Assembly: GCA_951406725.2 (NCBI GenBank)
Contig: OX597835.1
Coordinates: 40,486,001 to 40,550,000, forward strand
DNA: 64,000 bases
From: Octopus vulgaris
Taxonomy: Eukaryota
Direction of reading: 5' to 3'
Shown here: positions 51,650 to 64,000 of the stretch, in pieces
How the letters are laid out: each line of letters opens with the position of its first letter
Position numbering within the stretch: the stretch's first letter is position 1
Made by a program: the position numbers and the translations under genes
Notes under the pieces: model-generated
Told to the model about the DNA's origin: nothing
The model's input: the letters and a program-made list of their open reading frames with translations, nothing else
Database searches by the model: none

Positions 51650-52319
51650 ATTGGTATCACCTCTACTGCATTCCCCTCCACTCTCTCTGGTACCTACCTG
51701 CATACAATTATGTCCTCCCCTCAGTTGAATCTCTTCCCCCACAATATATCCCCCCTCCTAATACCCACTCCCCCTACCTGTGCCCACTCATTACATTCCA
51801 CCCTCCCATCTCTCACTCTCCAGTCACAATCTCATGAACTCACCACCCCCATTGATGCTCTCTAATCCCTAGTCCACTCTTCACTCTATACATCTCCTTG
51901 TAACTTGGTCTATGGTCCTTGCTCTTCTCTCCATCACATCCTTATTATCTCCCTCTCCCCTGTCTCTCCCCCTCTCACCACCTGAGGTACCCATGTTTCT
52001 CCTCTTATACAAGACACCTTTTCTGTCCCTTAATACTTCTCCCCCTAATGGTTTAACTGAGAAACCCCTTGGCAGCATTTCAATATATAACTGGCATCAC
52101 ACCAACGTACCCCTCTTACAGCACATCTAGATACCCTGCCTTACAAGCTCATCAAGATACCCCTTGCAGCAAACCCAGATATCCCTGCCAGCACCCCTAG
52201 AAACCCTGTGCAGCACACATAAAAACTCTGGCTCTCCTTGCACACATATCAGTATGCTATGGTACACCACTCAACAAATATTGTTTTAAGTAATAATGAT
52301 GTATTTTAATTCTACTTTG

Positions 52320-53477
52320 GTCTAAGGCAGGCATCAGGCAGAATCATTAATTCCCAAGACTAAATGCTTAGCAGCACTTCTTTCAGATTTACATTCTGAG
52401 TTCTACCAAGATCAACTTAGCCTTTCCTCCTTTAGGCTTTGGTAAAATAAGAACCAACCGAACGCAGAGGTTGATAGAAACAACTAACCCTCTCCATTAA
52501 AACTGCTGGCTTTGGGCCAAAATTTGAAACTATGATTATTATCAGTATTATTATCATTATTATTATCATTGTTATGGCTTTGTGCCAAAATTTGAAACCA
52601 TTCAAGTTGAGAGAATCGTTAGCATGCTGGGAAAAACGCTTAGCATTATTTCATTCGTTGTTACATTCTGAGTTCAAATTCTGCTAAGGTCAACTCTGCC
52701 TTTCCTCATTTTGGGGTCAATAAAATAAGTACCAGTCATGTACTAGAGTCTATGTAATCAACTTATTCCTCCCCCAAAATTGCAGGCCTTGTGCTAAAAT
52801 TTGAAACCACCATCATCATCATTATCATTATATGTTTGACTTTGGCTTTGTATTATTATTATTATTATTATTGTTGTTATTATTATTAAGACAGCGAGCT
52901 GGCAGAAACGTTAGCACACAGGGCGAAATGCTAAACTGTATTTTGTCTGCCGTTACGTTCTGAGTTCAAATTCCGCCAAGGTCGACTTTGCCTTTCATTC
53001 TTTCAGGGTCGATAAATTAAGTACCAGTTATGCACTGGGGTCGATGTAATCGACTTAATCCCTTTGTCTGTCCTTGTTTGTCCCCTCTGTGTTTAGCCCC
53101 TTCTGGGTAGTAAAGAAATAGGTATTTCGTCTGCCGTTACGTTCTGAGTTCAAATTCTATCGAAGTCGACTTTGCCTTTCATCCTTTTGGGGTCGATAAA
53201 TTAAGTACCAGTTACGCACTGGGGTCAATGTCCTTGTTTGTCCCCTCTATGTTTAGCCCCTTGTGGGCAATAAAGAAATAAGAATCTTTAGCACACTGGG
53301 CAAAATGCTTCACATCATTTTGTCTGTCTTTACATTCTGAGTTCAAATTCCACTGAGGTCAATTTGCCTTTCATCCTTTCAGGGTCAATTAGATAAGTAC
53401 CAGTTACGCACTGGAGTCAATGTAATCAACTTAATCCTTTCCCCAAAATTTGAGGCCTTGTGCTTTCAGTAGAAAGG

Positions 53478-53522
<45 letters not shown>

Positions 53523-53750
53523 AGGCGGCGAGCTAGCAGAAACATTAGCACGCCGGGCAAAATGCGTAGCAGTATTTCGTCTGCCGTTACATTCTGAGTT
53601 GAAATACCGCTGAGGTGACTTTGCCTTTCATCCTTTTGGGGTCGATAAATTAAGTACCAGTTACACATTGGGGTCGATATAATCAACTTAATCCATTTGT
53701 CTGTCCTTGTTTGTCCTCTCTGTGTTTAGCCCCTTGTGGGCATTAAAGAA
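52320..53750 (+). mobile_element. Cluster of SINE family B copies (old and young, some multimeric) separated by (ATT)n
   Basis: Repeated ttctgagttcaaattc...gcctttcatcc...aagtacca units. Confidence 0.75.
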
Positions 53751-53804
53751 ACAATTATTATTATTATTTTATTATTATTATTATTTTATTATTATTATTA
53801 TTAT

Positions 53805-54580
53805 TATTGTGGTGTGCAAGAGAGACATTTGCGCTGGTATGGACATGTGGCGAGAATGGATGAAGATAGTTGTGTGAAAAAGTGCCACACCCTAGCGGTT
53901 GAGGGAACCTGTAGAAGAGGCAGACCCAGGAAAGCCTGGGACGAGGTGGTGAAGCACGACCTTCGAACTTTAGGTCTCACTGAGGAAATGACTAGAGACC
54001 GAAACCTCTGGAAGTATGCTCTGCGTGAGAAGACCCGGCAGGACAAGTGAAACCATAACCCATGGCCTCTACCTGGGATGTAGCCAGTCCACTTATGCAT
54101 ACCTTTCCTTCTTGGGACACAAAACTCAACTTGTGAAGACCTGTTGAGGCAAGTGAGAATCAGAATCGAAATCGATCAATGGAAATTGCAGCTGAGTTAC
54201 CAGTGCCGGTGGCACGTAAGAGAACCATCCGAACGTGGCTGTTGCCAGCGCCGTCCCGACTGGCCTCATGCCGGTGGCACGTAAAAAGCACCATCCATTC
54301 GTGGCCATTGCCAGCCTCGCCTGGCCCCCGTGCCAGTGGCACATAAAAAGCACCGTGGCCGTTTGCCAGCCTTGTCTGGCACCTGTGCCGGTGGCACATA
54401 AAAAGCACCCACTACACTCATGGAGTGGTTGGCGTTAGGAAGGGCATCCAGCCGTAGAAACCTTGCCAGATCAAACTGGGCCTGGTGCAGCTTTCTGACT
54501 TCTCAGACCCCAGTTGAACCATCCAACCTATGCTAGCATGGAAAGCGGACACTAAAGGATGATGATGATGATGATGATTA
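53805..54580 (+). mobile_element. RTE-type LINE 3' end: ORF2 C-terminus, long 3'UTR and (GAT)n tail
   Basis: LRWYGHVARMDEDSCVKKCHTLAVEGTCRRGRPRKAWDEVVKHDL* continuing into the abundant ...catgctagcatggaaagcggac...gatgatgat repeat. Confidence 0.8.
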
Positions 54581-54912
54581 TTATTATTATTATTATATTC
54601 ATTATCATCTTCTTTCAATTATGTTTCCATTTCTTGCTGAGTGCCTTCCTGACACCTAGGGCAGAGAAATGCACTGTAATTTTTGGTAGGCCATTAAAAT
54701 AAATACACCAGATCGTTCATTTACAAAGTCATGTGAAAGAGAAAAAGGGGAAGAAAGACAGAGAGAAAAAGGAAAAAATAATTAAGTAAATTGCTGCCCC
54801 AGCATGACCGCAGCTTTGAAACTGAAACAATTTAAAGATTTAAAAAAAATAAAGGGGAAAAGTGAAAGAGAATTCACAGTATATGTGACGTACTGGCTAA
54901 TTATTATTATAC

Positions 54913-54978
<66 letters not shown>

Positions 54979-54985
54979 CATTATT

Positions 54986-55549
54986 GAGTGAGAGAGCAGT
55001 GTATACCATCAAAGTGACACTGGGGTAAAATATACGAAACCCAGTATACCCATCATGACTACCCGTCTGATAAGGGCACACCAGGCACATGCATCACAAC
55101 CATATGTGCACGACATGGTGATCTCATATCAAGATAAACAGAACATGACCTTGCAGGTGGACCCAGTTAGAATTTTCTTCTGGTTGAGTAACCCATCCTG
55201 CTCAAAAGGTCCCTGAATAAGGGTTGTTTAAGAATGTTGAACGAAACACCTATGTTTCCAGAGGTGAATTATTCAAACCCCAATAAAATAGTAGTAGTAG
55301 TAGTCGTAGTAGTCGCAATGATGCTCCCCCACTACTTCTGCTCGTGATCAGAGATGTACATATCGTCAGCCACTAAGGGACATGCTCAACTGGTTAAGAT
55401 CAAACAACTGACAAGCAAATCTGTGGTATTGAGCAGAATATTTGCTGTAGCCCATCTTTTATACCAAGACAAAACAATGTACATGATAACACTTCCAAAC
55501 AGTTAAGATCAGAAACCACAAGAGCCACTACCTGTACTGCATCAGGGCA
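54986..55549. mobile_element. About 560-bp element embedded in (ATT)n (second copy at 57717-58270)
   Basis: Two similar copies gagtgagagagcagtg...gcatcagggca, each with (ATT)n on both sides. Confidence 0.75.
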
Positions 55550-55799
55550 TATTATTATTATTGTTGTTGTTGTTATTATCAGGTGGTGAGCTGGCAGTAT
55601 CGTTAGCATGCTGGGTGAAATGCTTAGTGGTATTTCGCCCATTGCTATGTTCTGAGTTCAAAATTTCTCCAAGGTCTACTTTACCTTTCATCCTTTCGGG
55701 TTCAATAAAATAAGTACCAGTTGAACACTGGGGTCGATGTAATCAACTCATCCCCTGCCCGCAAAATTGATGCCCTTGTGGCAAAATTTAAAGCCCATA

Positions 55800-57470
55800 C
55801 CTTCTTCAACTTTCTAACACCCTCCTTGCTGTTCCTAACAAGGCTGGTTTTTGCAACAGCCCTGTTCTGGTAGTAATTCCTTACTTCTCAAGCCATACAT
55901 CCAACCTTTTACTAACTGCCCCCAGGGTGCCAACCACAATCAGTACCACTTCTAAGCGCCTGATTCTTCATTGTTTCCTGATTTCCCTCTTCAGCTCCTA
56001 ACATTTATCTACATTCTCACTTTCCTTCTCATTCATCCTGTGGTCCCATGGTGAAGTAATAATTGCTTTGTTCTTCCTCTTTTCTACAACAACAATGTCC
56101 AGTTTCCAAGCCACAATAAAGTGGCCACACTGGATGGTCATGTTCCACAAGATCTCATATTGTTTGTTTTCAGCAGCCCTTTCTGGTTGGCGCTCATAAC
56201 ATTTCTCACTTCTGTTCGTGTCATACTTATGACAGATCTTTCCACTGAACCAATCTGGCAATGTTGTTGTGCCTTCTCTTGTACTCTTTCTGAGCCATAC
56301 TGTTTCACTCCTCTCACCACACATTCTGCATTTGTCACTGTTGGTAGTGTTGTCAATTCTGCACTTTACATAGTTAGTCCTTAATGCTTGTTCTTAAGCT
56401 GCACATATAAGTTTTTCTGTCTCTCTCTTCAGGTCACTCCTCCTCATCCACAGTTTGTATCTCTTGTAAACTGACGGTACACTTTTTTCTCCTTCCGTGC
56501 TGTTTCTTTTTCATGTTCTTTTCCTCTTTGAGTTTTTCTTTCTTTACACAATTATCAGTTTTGATGATGTTGACCTTCTTCACATATTTCAACAATGGTC
56601 CCATGGTATTTTTTACATACTACCCTAAACGGCTTTCATTTACATTGATACAATCCTGACAATTGATCAAACCTCTCCCACCCTTCCTTCTGGACAAATA
56701 CAGCCAATTAATGTCACTCTTTGAGTGGAAGGTCCCGTGCACTGTCAACATTTTTATTGTCTTCATATTCATGTTCATCAGTTCTTTCTTTTGCCATTTT
56801 ATGATTCCAGCTCTATACTTAAGTGATGTTATTGCCCATGTATTAACTGTTTGGATTGTAATTCCATCCGGTCAATTTTGAGCACAATACCAGAAATATT
56901 CCATTCAAAGTTGTTCTTTCATTTCCTTTCCCATTATCTCATTGAATTCTAGAATGCCAACTTATTTGTAGCCTTCCATTTCAATTTGCTTAATCGGTTC
57001 TCTATTAGGTAATTCTGTCCCTGCCAGGGACTGTACCAGAAATATTCCATTCAAAGTTGTTCTTTCATTTCCTTTTCCATTATCTCATTGAATTCTAGAA
57101 TGCCAAGACATTTGTAGCCTTCCATTTCAATTTGCTTAATCGGTTCTCTATTAGGTAATTCTGTCTCTGCTAGGGACTGGACATTGCCTTTTTTCAGATA
57201 CATTATTCCTCACTTCTTGAGTTCGAATTCCATTTTAATACCAGCACTAAAACAGTGGACCATGTCCACCAAGGAACTCACTTGCGCCTCATCCTTGTCA
57301 AACAGCATCAAATCATCCATGAAGTGAAAATGGTTGATTGTTTGAGATTCTCCCTTTAGCTGATATCCTGGATTCATTTTCCCAAGTACCAAGGTCAGAG
57401 GGATCATGCAGAGTACAAAAAGCAATGGAGAGCTATGGCAAAAGAGGTTGTCTGATGGTTGAGGTTGAAA
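55800..57470 (-). mobile_element. R4/Dong-like RLE LINE relic with internal 146-bp tandem duplication (56888-57179)
   Basis: RT motifs SPLLFVLCMIPL and INHFHFMDDLMLF; downstream EILWNMTIQC...KLDIVVVEK endonuclease-like region. Confidence 0.65.
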
Positions 57471-57681
57471 GGCACCAGAACGAATACATTGCTCTTTGGT
57501 AAAGGCCTCATCAACATTTTCATGTTTCACTTGAAAAGAAAAGTGAGGATGGAGAGGGAGCTGCAGTCCTTGAAAGAATTTATCGAAAGGTAGATGAAAG
57601 TTGTGAAAATGGCAAGAGTAGATGGTGCCGTTCCAAAAGTTCCAAGTATTATTATTATTATTATTATTAATATTATTATTA

Positions 57682-57716
<35 letters not shown>

Positions 57717-58270
57717 GAGTGAGAGAGCAGTGCATGCCATCAAAGTGACACTGGGGTAAAATATACAAAGCCCAGTATACCCATCATGACTATTCGTCTG
57801 ATAAGGGTACACCAGGTACATGCATCACAGCCATATGTGTGTGACATTGTGATCTCATATCAAGATAAACAGCACATGACCTTGCAGGTGGAGCCCAGTT
57901 AGAATTTTCTTCTGGTCGAGTAACCCATCCTACTCAAAAGGTCCCTGAATAAGGATTGTTTAAGGATGTTGAAGAAACCACCCATGTTTCCAAAGGTGAA
58001 TTATCCAAACCTCTAAGAATTCCTTTCAAGACATGGCTATGATGCTCCCCCACTACTTCTGCTTGTGATCAGAGATGCACATATCGTCAGCCACTAACGG
58101 ACATGGTCAACTGGTAAAGGTCAAACAACTGACAAGCAAATCTGTGGTATTGAGCAGAATATTTGCTGTAGCCCATCTTTTATATCAAAACAAATCATGT
58201 ACATGATAACACTTCCAATCAGTTAAGATCAGAAGCCACGAGAGCCACTGCCTGGTACTGCATCAGGGCA

Positions 58271-58321
<51 letters not shown>

Positions 58322-58382
58322 CATCATCATCATTATTATTATTATTATTATTACAGAATCTTGCCCCTGGGATGAAAAGCTG

Positions 58383-58581
58383 ATGGCCAAAAGTAACAAA
58401 CTTCCTGGTTACTTAGGATGGCCCATAATAGGAGACAAGACTCATGATTTCTTGAAGAATCCAGTCAAGTTTTTTGAGAAGTATTCCGAAGTTTATAAAT
58501 CAGCCATATTCCTCACACGACTTTTTAACAAACCAACCATAATTGTTGGATCCTATGAAGGAGTAAAACAGGTTCTTTGTG
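58383..58581 (+). CDS. Cytochrome P450, CYP26-clan-like (CYP16/CYP120-like), N-terminal coding exon (exon starts at 58357)
   Basis: MAKSNKLPGYLGWPIIGDKTHDFLKNPVKFFEKYSEVYKSAIFLTRLFNKPTIIVGSYEGVKQVLC. The LPG-x-x-GWPIIG hinge and F-x-KPTI-x-V strand are typical of P450 N-termini. ttacag acceptor, gtgagt donor. Confidence 0.8.
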
Positions 58582-58614
58582 GTGAGTTTGATTTCTATCT
58601 TTTCTTTCATCACT

Positions 58615-58635
58615 GTAGTAGTAGTAGTAGTAGTC

Positions 58636-58709
<74 letters not shown>

Positions 58710-58710
58710 C

Positions 58711-58808
<98 letters not shown>

Positions 58809-58955
58809 TGTAGTAGTCGTCGTCATAGTAGTAGTAGTAGTAGTCGCAGTAGTAGTAGTAGTCGCAGTAGTAGTAGTAGTCGCAGTAGTAGTAGTAGTCG
58901 CAGTAGTAGTAGTAGTCGCAGTAGTAGTAGTAGTCGCAGTAGTAGTAGTAGTAGT
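58615..58955. repeat. (AGT)n microsatellite with (AGC)n and an 18-bp higher-order unit
   Basis: Direct inspection. Confidence 0.95.
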
Positions 58956-60299
58956 TGGTGTTGTTGTTTTTACTGTTGTTTTGATAGTATTGTTATTGTT
59001 TTTATTTCTGTTTTTCTTACATTTCTTTTTTGTAGTTATTGACATTATTACTTATGTGTGTATGTGTGTATGTGTGTGTATGTGTGTTTGTTTGAGTGTG
59101 TGTCTGTTCTCACGTCAGTAGCAGTTGCTGTTTTTCATGATGGTGATGATGATGAAAGATGATAATTAATGATGATCAAAAAAATATAAAATGGAAAAAA
59201 AATATGACAAAACAATGATAGACATCAACTCTAACATAAGCACATCATCATCACAACAATCACCATCATCATCATCATCATCATCATCACCACCACCACC
59301 ACCACCACCACCACCACCACCATCACCATCATCACCATCACCATCACCATCACCACACCACCACCACCACCACCATCACCAGTACCACCATCATCATCAC
59401 CACCATCACCATCACCATCATCATCATCATCACCACCAACCCATCAGTGTTTTACATCTGCTTTTTCATGTTGGCATGGGTTGGACAGTTTTTTTGTGAT
59501 GTAACATCAGAAATTTTTCGCATGAGAGAACTGTTAGTTGCATCAGTTCAAGTGCTTCACTGGGATTCTGTTTTATCAGCTTTGGAAGGATTAATGGTAA
59601 AGTTGACCTTTTCAGTATTTGACCTCAGAAAGCACCCAACTGTAAATAAACACAGCAAAGCAGTCTGTATCCACAGGAACCTAGATATTTTGGGGGAGGA
59701 CACTTGTCAAGTACTTATTGAATGTACTTGCCAAGTACTTATTTTATTAAAAGCTGAAGAATGAAACACAAAGTCAACATTGGCAGGATTAGAACTAAGA
59801 ATGCAAAATCTCTAATACCACAAGGTACTATTTTTATACTCTTACTTTTTTACTTGTTTCAGTCATTTTACTGTGGCCATGCTGGAGCACCACCTTTAGT
59901 CGAGCAAATCGAACCCGGGACTTATTCTTTGTAAGCCCAGTACTTATTCTATCGGTCGCTTTTGCCGAACCGCTAAGTGACGGCGACGTAAACACATCAA
60001 CATCGGTTGTCAAGCAATGCTAGAGGGACAAACACAGACACACAAACACACACACGCATATATATATATATATATACATATATATGACGGGCTTCTTTCA
60101 GTTTCCGTTTACCAAATCCACTCACAAGGCTTTGGTTGGCCCGAGGCTATAGTAGAAGACACTTGCCCAAGATGCCACGCAGTGGGACTGAACCCGGAAC
60201 CATGTGGTTGGTAAGCAAGCTACTTACCACACAGCCACTCTTGCGCCTATATGTTCATATGATTCTGTTAATCCCTGATTCTGTGAATTCCTTACCCTA

Positions 60300-60549
60300 T
60301 CTATTATATAAAATCCATTCTGTCTGTCTGTGTGTGTGTTGTCTAGGATCTCGGGCATCGTCCATCCGATTGTGCTCAGATTTGATATGTAGATACCGAC
60401 GGTATCAGGGCATGTATAAGTCTTGAAAAAAATTACAAAAATCGATTCCAGGTGAGAATGCAATTGATAAAGCCATGGGAATGTGCATTTTGGACTACGC
60501 TCCAGACGGAGTAACAAGGAATGTGGTTTACAAGGCTGCACTTCACTAG
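60300..60549 (+). mobile_element. Non-autonomous Helitron-like element (related copy at about 47812-48140)
   Basis: A|TC...CTAG|T termini; body shared with the 47812 copy. Confidence 0.55.
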
Positions 60550-60929
60550 TTTTTCCATGCTCTTGAACATCCCGTAAAGTAAGTTAGCTTAAAATTAGTT
60601 ACTTAGTTCCCTAGGTTGTTGCTTTTCATCAAAAATTGCCCCAAGTTGATTTCCTACATGTTTTATCGGATAAACTTATTATTGTCCCAGGTAAATCCCA
60701 GGTAAGTCGATAACATTGCTCCCTGTGTTCAACTGGTAATTATTTTATCAACCCTGAAAGGATGAAAGGCAAAGTCGACCTCAGCGGAATTTGAACTCAG
60801 AACCTAAAGATGAACGAAATACCACTAAGCATTCTGTCCAGTATACTAATGGTTCTGCCAGTTTGCGGCATTGACAGTAATAATCCTTTCTACTGTAGGC
60901 ACGAGGGGAAATGGCAGTTTTGAGAAGGA

Positions 60930-61330
60930 CCGAGAGAGAGCAATGGTGAGAGCAATGTGTGGTGTGAAACTATTGGATAAGAAGAAAGGCTGAGGACTTG
61001 ATTGGGATGCTGGGGTTGGAGGAATAGGTGGAACAAGTGGCAAGGGCGAGTGGAGTGCAGTGGTATGGACATGTGTTGAGGAGGGATGGGGATCATGTTC
61101 TGAGGAGAGTGCTTGAGTTTAAAGTGAATGAACCGCGAAAGCGAGGTCAACCAAAGGAAACATGGAGGGGTCAGGTGGAGGAGGAAATTGGGAGGGTTGG
61201 CTTGAGGAGAGAGGACACCCAAAACCGGGTGAGATGGCGAGATGGTGTGAGAGTGGTTGCTGTAAGAGTGAGGTAGATCTGGCCACCCCCGTTAACAGGG
61301 ATAAAGCCGGATATAAAATACTGGACATCA
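60930..61330 (+). mobile_element. RTE-like LINE 3' fragment
   Basis: VQWYGHVLRRDGDHVLRRVLEF...RKRGQPKETW. Confidence 0.7.
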
Positions 61331-61594
61331 ATCAACTATAGGCACAAGGCCTGCAATTTGGTCGGGGGGGGGGGAGATAGCCAATTACATCAATCCCAGT
61401 GATGAACTGGTCCAAATTTTATTGACCCCAAAAGAGCAAAGTTAAACCTCAGTGGACTTAACTCAGAGCATAAAAATGGATGAAATGTTGCTAAGAATTT
61501 TACCTGACAGGTTAACGATTCTGCCAGCTCACCGCTTTTTGGTTGATCAACATATTGTTTCCAATAACTTACTAAAATATTCCCTATTTTTCAG

Positions 61595-61672
61595 ACCGTA
61601 CCGAAGAGTTAAGTCATGGCTATAAATTGTTCCTGAGTGATTTGTATGGAGAAAATATATTTGTTGCAAATG
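61595..61672 (+). CDS. Cytochrome P450 next exon (78 nt)
   Basis: tttcag/gtaagt, phase 1-1 in frame with the previous exon; (D)RTEELSHGYKLFLSDLYGENIFVAN(G), resembling the B'-helix to pre-C-helix region. Confidence 0.75.
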
Positions 61673-62069
61673 GTAAGTATGATAATCAGATCTCGTTTAA
61701 TCTAATAATTAGTCAGCATTACAGAATACTGACCACTGGGGGGAGCTCGTTTCACTGTCCAGTTCCAGCCAGTTCATTTCAGTAATGTCCATGAATCTAT
61801 ACACACACACACACACACACACAAACACTCATGTACATGCTCACATACACACACACTCACACACACATTCACACACACCACATACACAAATACACACACA
61901 CACACACATGTATAAATATATATATATATAAAATAGATAGATAGATATAGATATATATACGTATATATATGTCCTGTTTTCCATCTTTTCTCTCGTTGTT
62001 TGTATAACTCATTTGTTTTCGTATTTCATGTTGTTTGCTGTTGGTGATGTCCTGTACCCATATATGAGC

Positions 62070-62100
<31 letters not shown>

Positions 62101-62254
62101 CACACATATATTATTTATATTATTATAGATATGTATGTATATGTGTGTGTGTATATATGTATAGATATAAGTAAGCAATTAATGCAAAACAAGCTGGAAA
62201 AAATAATACTTGAAAGTATTTTACTATTTTATTAAGGCTGAAAAACTCTCCACA

Positions 62255-62296
62255 AACTGCTACTCAGAGTTTCACATGACCATTCATCAGGCAGTT
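62255..62296 (-). ncRNA. Type I hammerhead ribozyme with canonical core
   Basis: Minus strand reads AACTGC-CTGATGA-ATGGTCATGT-GAAA-CTC-T-GAG-TA-GCAGTT: perfect 6-bp stem I, stem III ACTC/GAGT, GUA triplet; stem II weak. Confidence 0.68.
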
Positions 62297-62415
62297 GTGA
62301 TAATACTCTATCATCACAACAGTCCAATGAACAGTCATGTGAAACTATGAGTAGCAGTTTGCGAAGCTTTATTTCAGCTTTAATAAAGTAGTATATATAT
62401 ACATACATACATAGA

Positions 62416-62466
<51 letters not shown>

Positions 62467-62482
62467 GTGTATAAATATATAT

Positions 62483-63570
62483 ATCATCATCATCACGATC
62501 GTTTAACGTCCACTTTCCATGCTGACATAGGTTAGATGGTTTGACTGAGGACTAGTGAACCAGATGGCTGCATCAGGCTCCAATCTTCATCTGGCAGTGT
62601 TTCTACAGCTGGATGCCCTTCCTAATGCCAACCACTCCGAGAGTGTAGTGGGTGCTTTTACGTGCCACCGGCACGAGGGCCATCAGGCGGTACTGGCAAC
62701 AGCCACGCTCAAATGGCGTTTTTTACGTGCCACCTGCACAGAAGCCAGTCCAGCAGCACTGGCAATGACCTCGCTTGAATGTTGTTTTTCACAAGCCACC
62801 TGCACAGGTGCTAGTAAGGCTACACTGGTAATGATTACATTTGAATGGTGCTTTTTACATGCCACTGGCACAGGAGCCAGTCAGCGGCCCTGGCAATGAT
62901 CACACTCTGATGGTGCTCTTAACTTTCCAGTAGCACAGATGCCAGTCAGGCGGTGCTGTCATTGGCCACGTCAGCGAATTTGATTTTGATTTCACTTGCT
63001 TCAACAGGTCTTCGCAAGCAGAGTTTAGTGTCAAATGAAAGAAAGGTACACATAAGTGGGCTGGTTACACCCCTGGCATAGGCCACGGGCTATGGTCTCA
63101 CTTGGCTTGCTGGGTCTTCTCAGCATATTTCCAAAGTTCTCGCTCACTAGTCATTGCCTCAGTGAAGCCTAATGTTCGAAGGTCATGCTTCACTACCTCA
63201 TTCCAGGTCTTTGTGGGTCTACCTCTTCCACAGGTTCCCTCAACCGCTAGGATGTGACACTTTTTCACACAGCTATCCTCATCAATTCTCGCCACATGAC
63301 CATACTAGCGCAGTCGTCTCTCTTGCACACCAAATCTGATGCTTCTTAGGTCCAGCTTTTCTCCCAAGGCACTTACACTCTGTTGTGTATGAACACTGAC
63401 ATTACACATCCAACGGAACATACTGGCTCCATTCCTTGCAAGCTTACAGATGTCCTCAGCAGTCACGGCCCATGTTTCACTGCCATGTAGCATGGCTGTT
63501 TGTACACATGCATCATACAGTCTTTTACTATGAGCGAGAGACCCTTTGTCACCAGCAGAGGTAGAAGCAG
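62483..63570 (-). mobile_element. Same RTE-type LINE family, longer fragment
   Basis: MLHGSETWAVT...RWMCNV...RRLR / ARIDEDSCVKKCHILAVEGTCGRGRP, plus the same 3'UTR and tail. Confidence 0.8.
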
Positions 63571-63629
63571 AGCTGATTCAGCACCAGACAGCCTGGCCAA
63601 TCCAAGTGATATATATAGACATGCAAGCG

Positions 63630-63646
63630 TGCACACACACACACAT

Positions 63647-63727
<81 letters not shown>

Positions 63728-63763
63728 CACACACATACACACACACACACACACATGCACACA

Positions 63764-63847
<84 letters not shown>
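63630..63847. repeat. (CA)n microsatellite
   Basis: Direct inspection. Confidence 0.95.
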
Positions 63848-63850
<3 letters not shown>

Positions 63851-64000
63851 AAAGAGAGACCATGTGTTTTGACACTGATTATGAATATCAACATTGAAGT
63901 TAAGGGAAAGGACCTCAGGGATGCCTTCTGCATGTTTAATACACATCAAGCAAAATTTTGCATATCTCGAAGAGTGAATTCACTGTTGTGTGGTGTGTCT

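Noticed and set aside
58582-59121. Poly-Ser extension of the P450 ORF and overlapping poly-Val/Thr ORFs
   Set aside because: Read-through past the GTGAGT donor into an intronic (AGT)n repeat.
63463-63949. Cys/Val and His/Thr ORFs
   Set aside because: Translations of the (CA)n microsatellite. The same applies to the many short SINE-derived ORFs in the track.

Overview
AT-rich, repeat-dense eukaryotic genomic DNA. The SINE/LINE repertoire and microsatellite load suggest a coleoid cephalopod, probably Octopus (inference). Three spliced protein-coding genes can be reconstructed by hand, all with canonical GT-AG introns and consistent phases. (1) Uracil-DNA glycosylase UNG on +: 7 coding exons over 947-24231, with the N-terminus upstream of the window. 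(2) LSM1 on -: complete, 4 exons over 43489-28559, 135 aa, tail-to-tail with UNG. (3) The 5' part of a CYP26-clan-like cytochrome P450 on +, with exons at 58357-58581 and 61595-61672. The rest is tRNA-derived SINEs, RTE/CR1/R4-Dong-like LINE fragments, mariner/Tc1 relics, piggyBac-, hAT- and Merlin-type MITEs, Helitron-like elements and microsatellites. The most unusual signal is a set of at least six type I hammerhead-ribozyme-like folds, mostly in palindromic inserts that resemble Penelope-like element footprints. One has a compensatory G3-C8 core swap, and one is fused to a tRNA-derived SINE head. Other candidates are TSD-flanked SINE monomers, dimers and trimers sharing one fixed junction, a Leu-to-Phe change in the UNG intercalation loop, and a dense TAATCC/T (K50 homeodomain) cluster at the putative promoter of an apparently anchor-less P450.
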